Below, piece after piece: positions 1 through 13,300 of a stretch of DNA of 64,000 nucleotides. The notes below the pieces were generated by a model. It was not told where the DNA came from. It was given only the letters and a program-made list of their open reading frames with translations, and did no database searches. Made by a program: the position numbers and the translations under genes. The stretch is from Rebecca billardiae RCC1528 (Eukaryota; Protista; Haptophyta), in the NCBI GenBank assembly GCA_965240325.2, contig OZ251224.1:2976001-3040000 (forward strand), given 5' to 3'. Numbering within the stretch: position 1 is the first letter of the stretch; every line of letters begins with the position of its first letter.

Positions 1-823
1 CGCACGTGCGTGCCCCGCGTGCCTTGCGCTGTACGTGCACGGTAGGGCGTCCCGACAGCGAGGGCGGGGCGGCGTAGATGGTCTTGTGGGAGGTGCGCCC
101 GTGTGCCGGAGACGCTTCGACACCTTGGTGGCGTGCCCACACCTCTCCTTGTCGCCGCTCGCCTGCTGCGTGCTTGACCAGCCGTGTTGAGAGCACGCCT
201 GCGCGTGCATGGCCAATGCCGGGCGGATCGAGCCGTAGTGAGTGTGCGTGCGGGTACTCCTACCCGATGCGCATCCCTGACACCGTCGCAGTAGCTCTTG
301 TACGTCAATTCTAAGCCGTGCACTCGAACCCACGCGACGTGTCAACGTTATCGGTGGTATGCGACATGCTGGCCAGTTTTATTTTCAAATAGCGCATTTG
401 ACGCCATTCCTCGGCTATTGTTCGCGAGCATGTTGGGCATGTGCCCGACTGGATTCGACAGGCTTCACGACGCGCGCGAGGGCTTGCGACAGTGGTAGAG
501 AGACGCATAGGGTAGGAGTACCCGCACGCGCACTCACTACGGCTCGATCCGCCCGACATTAGCCATGCACGCGCAGGCGTGCTCTCAACACGGCTGGTCG
601 AGCACGCAGCAGGCAAGCGGCGACAAGGAGAGGTGTGGGCACGCCACCAAGGTGTCGAAGCGTCTCCGGCACACGGGCGCACCTCCCACAAGACCATCTA
701 CGCCGCCCCGCCCTCGCTGTCGGGACGCCCTACCGTGCACGTACAGCGCAAGGCACGCGGGGCACGCACGTGCGGCAGCCATCGAGCCGTCGGCGGGGAC
801 AATTTTCAATTTTGGACCCCCCC
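1..823. mobile_element. Foldback (long-TIR) non-autonomous element FB1, copy 1, left end cut by the window edge
   Basis: 1-~272 is the reverse complement of ~505-774. The unit is near-identical to 27161-27983 and ends in ...TTTGGACCCCCCC. Confidence 0.85.
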
Positions 824-857
824 TTCTGGTAGGCAGCCCTGGAACGGCAGGGACCTA

Positions 858-2781
858 CAGGTCGCTGCTTCAACTTTCGGACCCGATTGCTGTTCACTTT
901 TTGTGCACGATGGCGGCGGCGCCCCCGGGGGTCTGCGGCGCTCGAGATCGCGTCTGGCGGCACCCCCAGGGTGTGCCTGAGGTACAACCCAGCGGGTATG
1001 TACCATTTAGACGACTTTGTTCCACTACCATGTGCCCCACGGACGCCACGAGGTCCACGACGGGGCCGCCGACGGCATGCTTCAACTTTCAGACCCGCGG
1101 GCTCTCAGCGCGCGCGCCGAGTCAGAGCCGCTGTCTGGTGAGCCGTGTGAGTCGGGCTAACGGCATCATGCACTCTAGATACCACATACATGCAGCAGAC
1201 CACCTCAGGGATTCACTAGGCTTCCGCGCCACCGCCAGCCGGCGCTGCGGCTGCGCGGCCAGCACGGTCGACGACGACAGCTCATACTGACGCGGCGGTG
1301 CCCGGCGCGGCCGGCGCCGGCGCCGATTGCTTGCGAGCTTCCGAGCACTCGGCCTTCTTGCACAGCCACCCTCGGAGATCGATCTTCTGGCACGTCGGGC
1401 AGCGTCTCGCCTTCGCCATCGGGCAGGGCGACACGCCGCACGAGCAGGTCTGGTGACAGCGGTCGAAGCTCGCCTCGAGCTCAGCAGCAGCTGCCTCCGC
1501 CTCCGCCTTCTTCCGCGCACGCTCGGATGCGGCCGCCGCCTTGCGCGCCGCCTCGGCCTCCTTCTGCGCGGTCTGCGCGGCCTTCTGCGTGTTGATCTCA
1601 CGCAACGACCACGAGCCGTTTTGGCTGTCGAGCCGCGTGTTGTCCGGCTTCGGCGCGGCGAGCTCCACGGCGGGCACTGGAAGGACACCGAGCTGGTCTG
1701 CGAGCTCACCCGGGTCGAACCTCACCGCCTTGCGCACCGCGGCGAGCTCGGCGTCGTGCTCATCACGCTCGCGCACGAGCTTGGCGGCCTGGCGGCCGGA
1801 GTACTCCTTGGCGAGCTCGAGCTTGGCGCGGAGGGCTGGAGCAGTGTTCGAGCGCATCCCCGCAGGCGTGGCTGTGAACGCACTAAACGTAGGTGATGCG
1901 TGCGCGCCAGAGGGCTCGCCGTCGTCGGCCGAGCGCGCAGCCCCGCGCTCCGGAGTGCTTGGCGCCGCTGCCGGCGCCGCCGCCGCGAGCGACGCGGCAT
2001 CGGCCTCCTCCTCTTGCCGCCTGCGCTCCGCCTTCGCCTGTGCGGCATCGAGACGATCCACGAAGTCCTTCCTGTTGATCTGGTCCGGGTCCAACACGTT
2101 GCCCGTGATGCCCACCTTGCGCCACGCGTTGATGATGTCAAAGGTGTCACACCACGAGAACCACGCACCCGGCGTGGACAGCTCCTCACAGCCGCCGAGG
2201 ATCTGGAGGAACTCGCGGAGGCCGATCGTGGGCTCCTTGCCGTAGCTCGCCGTGTACGCGTGCTTGAAAGACGCCAGGCCCTTCTGGTATTGCGAGTGGA
2301 ACTTGTGGTTGTACTGATCGAGAGCCTTCACGGTGCGTGCGGCCGCGCGAGGGCGGAGAGGTGATTGTGCGCGCGTCGCGCGCGCGCGCCGGGCCGATTG
2401 CACGCCAGGTACACCCGGGGCACGCGCGCGCGCCGGAGAGGCGCTGCAGCCGTCCGCGCGCACGGGCGCCTACCTGTAGGAAGTGCGACGTGTTCGGCTC
2501 CTCGGTGAAGATGCGGATGCCGAACTCGGACTCAGCAGTGCCGAGGGCTGCGAGCACGTCCTCCGTGTACCGCGACGAGTGGTTGTCGAGCAACAGCACG
2601 ATCGGGAAGGCGATGGGCTCCAGCCCCGCAGCCACCAGAGCTGCGTTGAGGTCACCAGACGCGCCGACAGGCCGCCTAGCCCTGCCGCGCGGCGCCCGCC
2701 ACACAGCAGCCGCTGCGCGAGGTGCGTCGCCATCGCCGGGTCTGAAAGACGAAGCAGTCCGAAAAACGAAGCAGCGACCTG
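858..2781 (-). mobile_element. Internally deleted pogo/Tc1-mariner-superfamily DNA transposon
   Basis: 25-bp TIRs CAGGTCGCTGCTTC(AAC/GTT)TTTCGGAC, TA on both sides (856-857, 2782-2783), internal TIR-like repeats at ~1079 and ~2740, and a DDE_1 transposase fragment inside. Confidence 0.88.
1282..2640 (-). pseudogene. DDE_1 (pogo/CENP-B-like) transposase, C-terminal half only, with intron 2326-2473
   Basis: IVLLLDNHSSR...EPNTSHFLQ then GT at 2473 and AG at 2326, resuming ALDQYN. This rebuilds the pogo PNxTHxLQPLD-type motif. Cys-rich C-terminus. No N-terminal HTH or first Asp region found. Confidence 0.8.
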
Positions 2782-2783
2782 TA

Positions 2784-3774
2784 TCTCTTTGTTGGCCGAA
2801 GATACGCTAGCGTCCTTCCGACCACAAAATCGCGAAAAACGCCGCAATCGTGGTTTTCAGACCTCGGCCTCAGCGGCAAATTGCGTTCAGCGACCTCGAA
2901 AACCTTGGGACCCGCTCGGGTTTGGGCGTCAGGTGCCGCAGGCGACCGTCCGACAGCCGGAACCGTCCAAAAGTCGAAGGACGCTATAGCGTATCTTCCT
3001 TTTGAGGGTGCCGGTAGTACGCTAGCGCCGGCTATGTTCGAGACCTTAGAGGCTAAGACTTCAGCCAGAGGTGCCCCAGGAGGTGCCCAACATGATTGAC
3101 TTAATAGGCAGCAAGCGCCGCGCACGTCAGAGAGCTCCACGACTGACGTTTTGAGCGACACGCTCAGCGACGCGCTCGGCAGCTCGTCGTCGGACGACCA
3201 ACAGCATTGAGGGGTCACGGCGACAGCACACAGGGCGGGCTAGTCGGCGGGACGTACGGCATTATTCGCGACTCCATCAACTGTTGACGAGCGCGCGGTG
3301 GCAGCGGCGCGCTGGTCGCACCTGCAACGCCCTGCTCAGGCACCGCGGCCACCGCGCTGCTGGCCACGCCCCCGGCTCGTGCCGCAGCGGCCGCGCGTAG
3401 CTTGCACTGGCGCAACTGGCGTGGCATGCGGCAGCGTGGTGGCACTCGGGGCGATGGCGTTGACGATGATAAGTTGCTCCATCGCCACAGCCCGCTCGAA
3501 GCCCTGCGCCGCGCCGCTTTCCTCCGCCTCACGCCGCGCAGCGCCGCAGTCGTCCAAATCACGACCGTCGTCGAGCGCGGTCGCCTCTGGAGGGCCGTCA
3601 TCGGCATCAGAAGAGAAGGTCTCGTCATGTGAGTTGTCGTTGAGGTCCCAGGCATCAATCGCGCCCGCGGCCGCCCTCGCGCGCGCCTCCTACGCGCCGT
3701 CAGAGCTCACGCGCGCCGGGGTGCCATCGAAGATACGCTACTGTAGCGTATCTTCCCCGCGGCCAACAAAGAGA
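2784..3774. mobile_element. ~1-kb TA-flanked MITE, family M1, copy 1
   Basis: 15-bp TIR TCTCTTTGTTGGCCG/CGGCCAACAAAGAGA, repeated subterminal TACGCTAGCG motifs, and near identity to 19145-20126. Right flank is TTA. Confidence 0.85.
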
Positions 3775-4116
3775 TTACCTCCCTTGGGAACGGCCCTCAT
3801 GAGCTGTGTGCGTCTCTTAGAGATAGATCCGTCTCTCTAGATAGAACTGGAGAGATAGATATCTCCCTTGGAGATTAATATACGCACAACAATAGCCGTA
3901 ATACCCTATACGATTGGTATTCATCCCATCTATAATAGGGGTCTCAATGATTCTCCTCGAATACTTTATGAAGTGATGAAAGCGCTCATGATATGTACAA
4001 ATATGGCTCCTCCTAGTCAGTTCTTTCTCATCATACTTATAATATTATATCTGAACGACAACTGAAACTTATTCGGGGGGGGGGGTCCACCCGAGCCCTC
4101 CCGCGAATCACACGTA

Positions 4117-4290
4117 CAGTTTACTAAGAATAAGAGACGCACACAGCTCACAGTACCCGCTGTTGATTGTTGTCGGGGTCCACCTTCTACTCACTCTGGC
4201 GCCGATAGTAATAATCACTCTCCCCGCCCGCGCGGACCGAGTTCTCCGAGTGTCCAAGAGACGCACATGTACAGCTCAGGCAGGCGAGAT
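4117..4290 (+). promoter_or_regulatory. Conserved leader motif CAGTTTACTAAGAATAAGAGACGCACACAGCTCAGGCAGGCGAGAT, split or partly duplicated, upstream of the giant gene
   Basis: Pieces at 4117-4150 and 4256-4290 match 46432-46478 and 49503-49559. Function is inferred. Confidence 0.6.
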
Positions 4291-4353
4291 CGACGGATTC
4301 GACGCCCGTACTTGTATCGTACGTGCTCGTCGCGACTCCTCACCGAAGGGCCC

Positions 4354-7300
4354 ATGCGCGCGCTCCCTCTCCGGGCGCTGCTCCTGCTCGCGCTGGGCAG
4401 GACGAGCTGCGCCTTCGTGCGCGTCACGCACGAGCACAAAATCTCCGCGCTCTACGGCGGGCTCGGCCCGTCGGCCATCGGCGCGGGCGATGCGCTCGGG
4501 GACTCTGGCCTCGCGATGGTCGGCGACGTCGACGGCGATGGCGTGTCGGATGCGGTCGCCGGGCTGCCCGGGGCGTCGGCCGGGGCCGGCGCGGCCATCG
4601 TGCTATTCCTACGCGCCAACGGCACCGTGCACGCCGAGCACCGCCTCGAGTCCGCGCAGGGCGGCCTGCCCACGTTTGCGGCGGGCGGCGCGTTTGGCAT
4701 GGGCGTCGCCGGCATCGGCGACAGGAACAGCGACTCGGTGCCCGACGTGATGATCGGCGCGCCGAGCGCGGGGACCGGGGGCGCCGTGTACGTCTGCTAC
4801 CTCACGGCCAGCGGCGCCGTCGGCTCGAGCTTCGAGATCAGCCAGGGCTCGGGCGGCTTCACCGGCTCGATCGGCTCGGGCGACGGCTTCGGCCGCGGCC
4901 TCGCCAACATTGGCGACGTCGACGGCGACGGGCGGAGCGACCTGCTCGTCGGCGCGCCGACGGATGGCGGCGGCGCGGCGTGGGTGCTCTTCACGAACGA
5001 CGACGTCACCGTCCGCTCGCACACGAGGATCGCCAAAAACACGGGCGGCCTGAGCATCAACCTCGGCCCCAACGACAAGTTTGGCTGGTCCGCCGCGCCG
5101 CTCGGCGACCTCGACGGCGACGGCACGCCCGACGCGCTCGTGAGCGCGCCGGGCGACAACCCGGGCGCCGTGCTCGTGCTCTTTCTCAACCCCGACGGCA
5201 CCGTGAAGGCCGAGCAGCAGATCGCCGAAGGTGTCGGCGGGCTGGGCGCTGCCCTCGGCTCGTGGGACTACTTTGGCCGCGGCCTCGCCACGCTCGGCGA
5301 TCTCGGCCTCGACGGCGCGCTCGACGTCGCGGTGGGCGCGCCGAAGGACGACGACCTGGCCGCCGAGACCGGCTCGTTCTACGTGCTCGCGCTCTCCACC
5401 TCCGGCACCGTCCTCGACGAGCGCAAGTTCTCCAACAGCGCGGGCGGCCTCTCGCTGCAGCTGGGCGCGGAGGTGCTGATGGGCTCCGCGCTGGCCGCGC
5501 GCGCGCCCAGCGCCGACGGCACCGTCCTGCTGCTGGCGGGGGCGCCAGCGGACGCGGACGGCGGCGCAGACGCGGGCGCTCTCTACGCCTACGAGTTGGG
5601 GCCCCCGTCCCCGCCAAGCCCGCCGCCATCGCCACCGCCGTCGCCCAGCCCGCCGCCCAGCCCGCCGCCGCCCGGCCCGCCGCCATCACCGCCGCCATCA
5701 CCTCCAACGTCGCCGCCACCGCGCCCGCCACCGAGCCCACCTCCGAGCCCGCCGCACCCAGCGCCGCCGCCCTCACCGCCGCCATCACCACCGCCGAGCC
5801 CGCCGCCCTCGCCGCCGCCGCCGAGCCCACCGCCGCCGTTGCCACCGCCAAGCCCGCCGCCCTCGCCACCGCCGCCATCGCCACCTCCGAGCCCACCACC
5901 ATCGCCGCCACCGGCCCCACCGCCGACATCGCCGCCACCGAGCCCGCCACCGTCGCCACCGCCATCGCCGCCACCGAGCCCACCGCCGCCATCGCCGCCA
6001 CCGAGCCCGCCGCCATCGCCGCCACCGAGCCCACCACCATCGCCACCGCCGTCGCCGCCACCAGCCCCACCGCCGCCATCACCGCCACCCAGCCCGCCAC
6101 CGTCACCACCGCCGTCGCCGCCACCGAGCCCACCGCCGCCATCGCCGCCACCGAGCCCGCCGCCGTCGCCACCGCCGTCGCCGCCACCGAGCCCACCGCC
6201 GCCATCCCCACCGCCATGCCCGCCGCCATCGCCACCGCCGTCACCACCGCCGAGCCCGCCGCCGCCGTCGCCACCGCCAAGGCCGCCACCATCTCCGCCG
6301 CCATCGCCCCCGCCGAGCCCGCCACCGTCGCCGCCACCATCGCCGCCACCGAGCCCACCGCCGCCATCGCCACCGCCGTCGCCGCCGCCGGGCCCACCGC
6401 CGTCGCCGCCGCCGAGCCCGCCACCGCCGTTCCCGCCGCCAAGCCTGCCGCCATCGCCACCGCCGTCGCCACCGCCGAGCCCGCCGCCGCCGTCGCCACC
6501 ACCGAGCCCGCCGCCGTCGCCGCCACCATCGCCTCCGCCGAGCCCACCACCGCCATCGACACCGCCGAGCCCGCCACCGTCGCCGCCACCATCGCCGCCA
6601 CCGAGCCCGCCGCCGCCATCGACACCGCCGTCGCCGCCGCCGAGCCCACCGCCGTCGCCGCCGCCGAGCCCGCCACCGCCATTCCCGCCGCCAAGCCCGC
6701 CGCCATCGCCACCGCCGTCGCCACCGCCGAGCCCGCCGCCGCCGTCGCCACCACCGAGCCCGCCGCCGTCGCCGCCACCATCGCCGCCGCCGAGCCCACC
6801 GCCGCCATCGACACCGCCGAGCCCGCCACCGTCGCCACCGCCGTCGCCGCCACCGAGCCCACCGCCGCCATCCCCACCACCGCGCCCGCCGCCATCGCCA
6901 CCGCCGTCGCCACCGCCGAGCCCACCGCCGCCGTCGCCACCACCGAGCCCGCCGCCATCGCCACCGCCGTCGCCACCGCCGAGCCCGCCGCCGTCGCCGC
7001 CACCATCGCCGCCACCGAGCCCACCGCCGCCATCGCCCCCGCCGAGCCCGCCACCGTCGCCGCCACCATCGCCGCCACCGAGCCCGCCGCCGCCATCGCC
7101 GCCACCAAGCCCGCCACCGTCGCCACCGCCGTCGCCGCCACCGAGCCCACCGCCGCCATCCCCACCACCGCGCCCGCCGCCAGCGCCACCGCCGTCGCCA
7201 CCGCCGAGCCCACCGCCGCCGTCGCCACCACCGAGCCCGCCGCCGTCGCCGCCACCATCGCCGCCGCCGAGCCCACCGCCGCCATCGACACCGCCGAGCC

Positions 7301-10300
7301 CCCCACCGTCGCCACCGCCGTCGCCGCCGCCGAGCCCGCCGCCGCCAACGCCACCGCCGAGCCCGCCGCCGTCGCCGCCACCATTGCCGCCACCGAGCCC
7401 GCCGCCGCCATCGCCCCCGCCGAGCCCGCCACCGTCGCCACCGCCGTCGCCGCCACCGAGCCCGCCGCCGCCATCCCCACCACCGCGCCCGCCGCCGTCA
7501 CCGCCACCATTGCCGCCACCGAGCCCGCCGCCGCCATCGACACCGCCGAGCCCCCCACCGTCGCCACCGCCGTCGCCGCCGCCGAGCCCGCCGCCGTCGC
7601 CACCGCCGAGCCCGCCACCGTCGCCGCCACCGAGCCCGCCGCCGCCATCGCCCCCGCCGAGCCCGCCACCGTCGCCACCGCCGTCGCCGCCACCGAGCCC
7701 GCCGCCGCCATCCCCACCACCGCGCCCGCCGCCATCGCCACCGCCGTCGCCACCGCCGAGCCCACCGCCGCCGTCGCCACCACCGAGCCCGCCGCCGTCG
7801 CCGCCACCATCGCCGCCGCCGAGCCCACCGCCGCCATCGACACCGCCGAGCCCCCCACCGTCGCCACCGCCGTCGCCGCCGCCGAGCCCGCCGCCGCCAA
7901 CGCCACCGCCGAGCCCGCCGCCGTCGCCGCCACCATTGCCGCCACCGAGCCCGCCGCCGCCATCGCCCCCGCCGAGCCCGCCACCGTCGCCACCGCCGTC
8001 GCCGCCACCGAGCCCGCCGCCGCCATCCCCACCACCGCGCCCGCCGCCGTCGCCGCCACCATCGCCGCCACCGAGCCCGCCACCGCCATCGCCGCCGCCG
8101 AGCCCGCCGCCGTCGCCGCCACCATTGCCGCCACCGAGCCCGCCGCCGCCATCGACACCGCCGAGCCCCCCACCGTCGCCACCGCCGTCGCCGCCGCCGA
8201 GCCCGCCGCCGTCGCCACCGCCGAGCCCGCCACCGTCGCCGCCACCGAGCCCGCCGCCGCCATCGCCCCCGCCGAGCCCGCCACCGTCGCCACCGCCGTC
8301 GCCGCCACCGAGCCCACCGCCGCCATCCCCACCACCGCGCCCGCCGCCATCCCCGCCACCATCGCCGCCACCGAGCCCGTCGCCGCCGTCGCCCCCGCCG
8401 AGCCCGCCACCGTCGCCACCGCCGTCGCCGCCGCCGAGCCCGCCACCGCCATCGCCGCCGCCGAGCCCGCCGCCATCGCCGCCGCCGTCGCCGCCGCCGA
8501 GCCCGCCGCCGCCATCGCCCCCGCCGGGCCCGCCGCCGTCGCCACCGCCGTCGCCGCCGCCGAGCCCACCGCCGCCAACGCCACCACCGCGCCCGCCGAC
8601 ATCACCACCGCCATCGCCACCGCCGATCCCGCCGCCGCCATCGCCACCGCCGAGCCCGCCGCCATCCCCGCCACCATCGCCGCCACCGAGCCCGTCGCCG
8701 CCATCGCCCCCGCCGAGCCCGCCACCGTCGCCGCCACCATCGCCGCCACCGAGCCCGCCGCCGCCATCGCCGCCACCGAGCCCGCCACCGTCACCGCCAC
8801 CATCGCCGCCACCGAGCCCGCCGCCGTCGCCGCCACCATCGCCGCCACCGAGCCCGCCGCCGCCATCGCCGCCACCTAGCCCGCCACCGTCACTGCCACC
8901 ATCGCCGCCACCGAGCCCGTCGCCGCCATCGCCGCCGCCGAGCCCGCCGCCGTCGCCGCCGCCATCGCCGCCACCGAGCCTGCCGCCGCCATCGCCGCCA
9001 CCGAGCCCGCCGCCATCACCGCCGCCATCGCCGCCACCGAGCCCACCGCCGCCATTGCCGCCACCGACCCCTCCACCGCCACCGCCGCCATCGCCGCCAC
9101 CGAGCCCCCCGCCGCCATCGCCGCCGCCATCGCCGCCACCGAGCCCACCGCCGCCATTGCCGCCACCGACCCCTCCACCGCCACCGCCGCCATCGCCGCC
9201 ACCGAGCCTACCACCACCATCGCCGCCACCGAGCCCGCCGCCGCCATCGCCGCCACCGAGCCCGCCACCGTCACCGCCACCATCGCCGCCACCGAGCCCG
9301 CCGCCGTCGCCGCCACCATCGCCGCCACCGAGCCCGCCGCCGCCATCGCCGCCACCGAGCCCACCGCCGCCATTGCCGCCACCGACCCCTCCACCGCCAC
9401 CGCCGCCATCGCCGCGACCGAGCCTACCACCACCATCGCCGCCGCCGAGCCCGCCGCCGTCACCGCCGCCATCACCGCCGCCGAGCCCCCCGCCGCCATC
9501 GCCGCCGCCGAGCCCGCCACCGTCACCGCCGCCATCGCCGCCACCGAGCCCGCCGCCGCCATCGCCGCCACCGAGCCCACCGCCGTCACTGCCACCAGCG
9601 CCGCCACCGAGCCCGCCGCCGCCATCGCCGCCACCGAGCCCACCGCCGCCATTGCCGCCGCCGAGCCTGCCACCGTCACCCCCGCCATCGCCGCCACCGA
9701 GCCCCCCGCCGCCATCGCCGCCGCCGAGCCCGCCATCGTCGCCGCCACCATCGCCGCCACCGAGCCCGCCACCGTCGCCATCGCCGTCGCCACCGCCGAG
9801 CCCGCCGCCGCCTTCGCCACCGCCGAGCCCGCCGCCATCGCATCCACCATCGCCGCCACCGAGCCCACCGCCGCCATCGCCGCCGCCGAGCCCGCCGCCG
9901 TCGCCGCCGCCATCGCCGCCACCGAGCCCACCGCCGCCATCGCCGCCGCCGAGCCCGCCACCGTCGCCACCGCCGTCGCCGCCGCCGAGCCCGCCGCCGC
10001 CGTCGTCACCGCCGATCCCGCCACCGTCGCCACCGCCGTCGCCGCCGCCGAGCCCGCCGCCGCCATCCCCACCACCGCGCCCGCCGCCAGCGCCACCGCC
10101 GTCGCCATCGCCGATCCCACCGCCGCCCACTCCGCCGCCGAGTCCACCACCGAGTCCGCCGCCGAGCATGCCGCCGAGCATGCCACCGAGCCCGCCGCCA
10201 TCGGTGCCGCCCAGCCTGCCGCCCAGCCCGCCGCCCGACCCTCCGCCATCGCCACCACCAAATCTGCCGCCGCCATCACCGCCACCAAGCCCGCCGCCAA

Positions 10301-13300
10301 CGCCAAAGCCGAGCCCGCCGCCGAGCCTACCGCCATCGCCGTCGCCGAGCCGGCCGCCGTCATCGCCGCCAAAGCCGCCACCAAGCCCGCCACCGAACCT
10401 GCCGCCAAGCCTACCACCGCCCAGTCCGCTGCCACCGTCACAGCCATCGTCAGCACCACCTTCACCAACGCCGAGCCCACCGCCAAGCCCGCCGCCCTCG
10501 ACCACCCCGCCGCCGCCGGGCTCGCCGCCGCCATCGCCGCCGCCCAGCACGCCGCCGAGCGCACCGCCTTCCGAGCCGCCTTCGGAGCCACCGTCGCCGA
10601 GCGCGCCGCCGCTGCTGCCGCCGAGCATGCCGCCGCCGAGCGGGCCACCGTCATCGCCGCCGAGCGCTCCTCCAAGCTCGCCGCCGGCTCCGCCACCACC
10701 GTCGCCTGTGCCACGCGAGCCGCCCAGCGCACCGCCCGCTGTGCCGCCGAGCCCGCCCCCGCCCAGCCCACCGCCGGCGCCTCCGCCGCCGCCACGCACG
10801 CTGCCGTTCCCGCCGCCGGCGCCGCCCGTGCCTCCGCACAGCCCGCCGCCCTCGTCACCCCCGCCGCCGCCGGGCTCGCCGCCGCCATCGCCGCCGCCCA
10901 GCACGCCGCCGAGCGCACCGCCTTCCGAGCCGCCTTCGGAGCCACCGTCGCCGAGCGCGCCGCCGCTGCTGCCGCCGAGCATGCCGCCGCCGAGCGGGCC
11001 ACCGTCATCGCCGCCGAGCGCTCCTCCAAGCTCGCCGCCGGCTCCGCCACCACCGTCGCCTGTGCCACGCGAGCCGCCCAGCGCACCGCCCGCTGTGCCG
11101 CCGAGCCCGCCCCCGCCCAGCCCACCGCCGGCGCCTCCGCCGCCGCCACGCACGCTCCCGTTCCCGCCGCCGGCGCCGCCCGTGCCTCCGCACAGGCCGC
11201 CGCCCTCGTCGCCCCCGCCGCCACCGCGCTCGCCGCCGCCATCGCCGCCGCCCAGCACGCCGCCGAGCGCACCGCCTTCCGAGCCGCCTTCGGAGCCACC
11301 CTCGCCGCCACCTCCGCCTCCGCCGTCGACCCCAGCGGCCATGCTGCTGAGCGGCGCGCCAGCCGGCGCGCCGCTTGGCTCTGCGAGCACGCTCACGCTT
11401 CTCGGCGCGGGCTTCGCATCGCTCAGCGGTGCGCAGTGCGCGTTCACGCCGCTCGACGCCGCGGGCGCGCCCACGGGCGTGCCAGGCAGCACGCTGCTCA
11501 CGGCTGCGCACGCGCTCGACGACACTCGAGCGGAGTGCGCACCGCCACGGCCGGAGTCCGCAGCGGCGTATTCGCTCGCGCTTGCGCTCGGCGAGGGCGA
11601 CGCGGAATCCACGGTGGAGCCGCTGTTCGGCGCCGTCACCTTCGAGCTGTACGAGCTGGGCGCCGTCTCGGTCGCGTCGGTGCACCCGCCCGGCGGCCCC
11701 GTGCGCGGCGGCACGGTGGTGACGGTGCTGGGCGCGGGCTTTGCCGAGTACGGCGCCGGCCAGCTGTGCTGCGTGCTGCCTGGCGCGCGCAGCGGCGTGT
11801 GCGCCGCGCCCGCCACGCTGCTGGCCGAGGCGCCGGGCGGCGTGAGCCGCGCCCGGTGCACACTGCCCGCCGCGCCGGCCGGCGAGCCGGGAGAAGTCGC
11901 GCTCGAGATGTCACTCGGCAACGGCACCGCCGAGACCACCACCAGCTCGGGAGGCGCGACCTTCAGATACTATCTCGAGCCGGAGATCACGGCTGTCGTG
12001 CCCGCGAGCGGTGGCGCGGGCGGCGGCACGAGCGTCGGCGTGCTCGGAGTTGGCCTCGACGGGCTCGGTGAGTCGAGCCTGCTGCGCGTGCGCTTCGGCG
12101 ACGCGGACGCCGAGCCGCCGACGCGCGGCAACGGCTCGCACGTGGGCGTGGTCACGCGGTACGGCGCAGCGGGGCGCGCGGCCGTGCGCGTGTCGCTCAA
12201 CGGGCAGCAGTTCACGCCCGCGGAGGGCGCGGAGGAGCAGGGCAGCGTCTTCTTCGAGTTCGTGGGGCTGCACGCGCCGCGGCTACTTTCGGCGCGCTTC
12301 AACGCGCAGGCGACCGCGCTGCTGCTGCGCTTCGACGCGCAGCCGACCGACCGCGCGGGCATGTCGGGCGCGCAGCCGTGCAGCGTCGTGCTCGACGACG
12401 GCAGCGTCGACCTGTTGCGCGGCGGCGGCAGCGCGGCGCCGCTGTGCTACTGGGCGGACGACAGCACGCTGGTCGCGCAGCTCAGCGCGCTCACCACCGT
12501 GCGGCCGGGCAGCGCGCTCGCGCTGCGCGGCGCCGCGCTGCTGCCCAGGGCGTGCGCGGACGGCTGCGCCGAGCGCGAGCAGCTGTACGCGGCCGGCGGC
12601 GCGACGATTGACGCGGACGCGCCGTTCGGCGTGGGCGTGCCGGGCCCCACGCCCATCGCGGCGATCTCCGGCCCGTCGCTCGTCTCGAACTGCCCCGACG
12701 CGTCGATCACGCTCGACGCCTCCGCCTCGGTGCGCGGCGGCATCGGCCCCGCCACCTTTGAGTGGCGCGTCGACCCGAGCCGCTCGGCGCGCGCGGCGGC
12801 GCTCAACGCGCACCTGCGCGCGCTGCCGGCCGACACGGCGGTGCTGGCGCTGGGCGGCGACGAGCTGGGCGTGCGCGGCGCGTTCGTGTTCGTGCTGCGC
12901 GTGACGTCGTGGCTCGGCCACGCCTCCGAGCCCGCGGAGCACGCCGTCTTGCGCAGCGGCGGCGCGAGCCCCTCCCTGTCGCTGCTCGGCCCGGCGGCAC
13001 GCGAGCTGCTCGCGCCGAGCGCGCTGCTGCTGCAGGGGCGCGCGGACCTCGCGCCGTGCTGGCCGCCGAGCTTCGAGCCCGCGGTGGAGTTCGCGTGGCG
13101 GCTGGTCTCGGTCGAGCCCAGCCCGGCCGAGTCGGCCGCGAACGCCTCGGCGATCAAGCGCCCCGACCTCTCCGCCGCGCGCGCCTCGGAGCTGCTGCTC
13201 GCTCCCTTCTCGCTGAGCGCTCGGCACACGTACACCTTCGAGCTGAGCGCCAGCATGGCCGCCGCGCCCACGCAGCGGGCGACGGCGACGGTGCGCGTGG

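Larger units (their letters stand above)
848..3786. mobile_element. P-like end remnant (CAGGGACC...ACCTCCCTTG) with 7-bp TSD, hosting two nested TA-targeting elements
   Basis: GGAACGG occurs at 841-847 and 3787-3793. The right end ACCTCCCTTG matches the right end of FB3 at 55950-55959. Confidence 0.6.

Noticed and set aside
4267-4353. Upstream ATG extending the giant ORF
   Set aside because: It lies inside the leader motif, and the signal peptide starts at 4354.
4323-11942. Very long Ala/Thr-, Ala/Val- and Gly-rich ORFs in other frames and on the other strand
   Set aside because: They are shadows of the CCG/TCG repeat, which has few stops in any frame.
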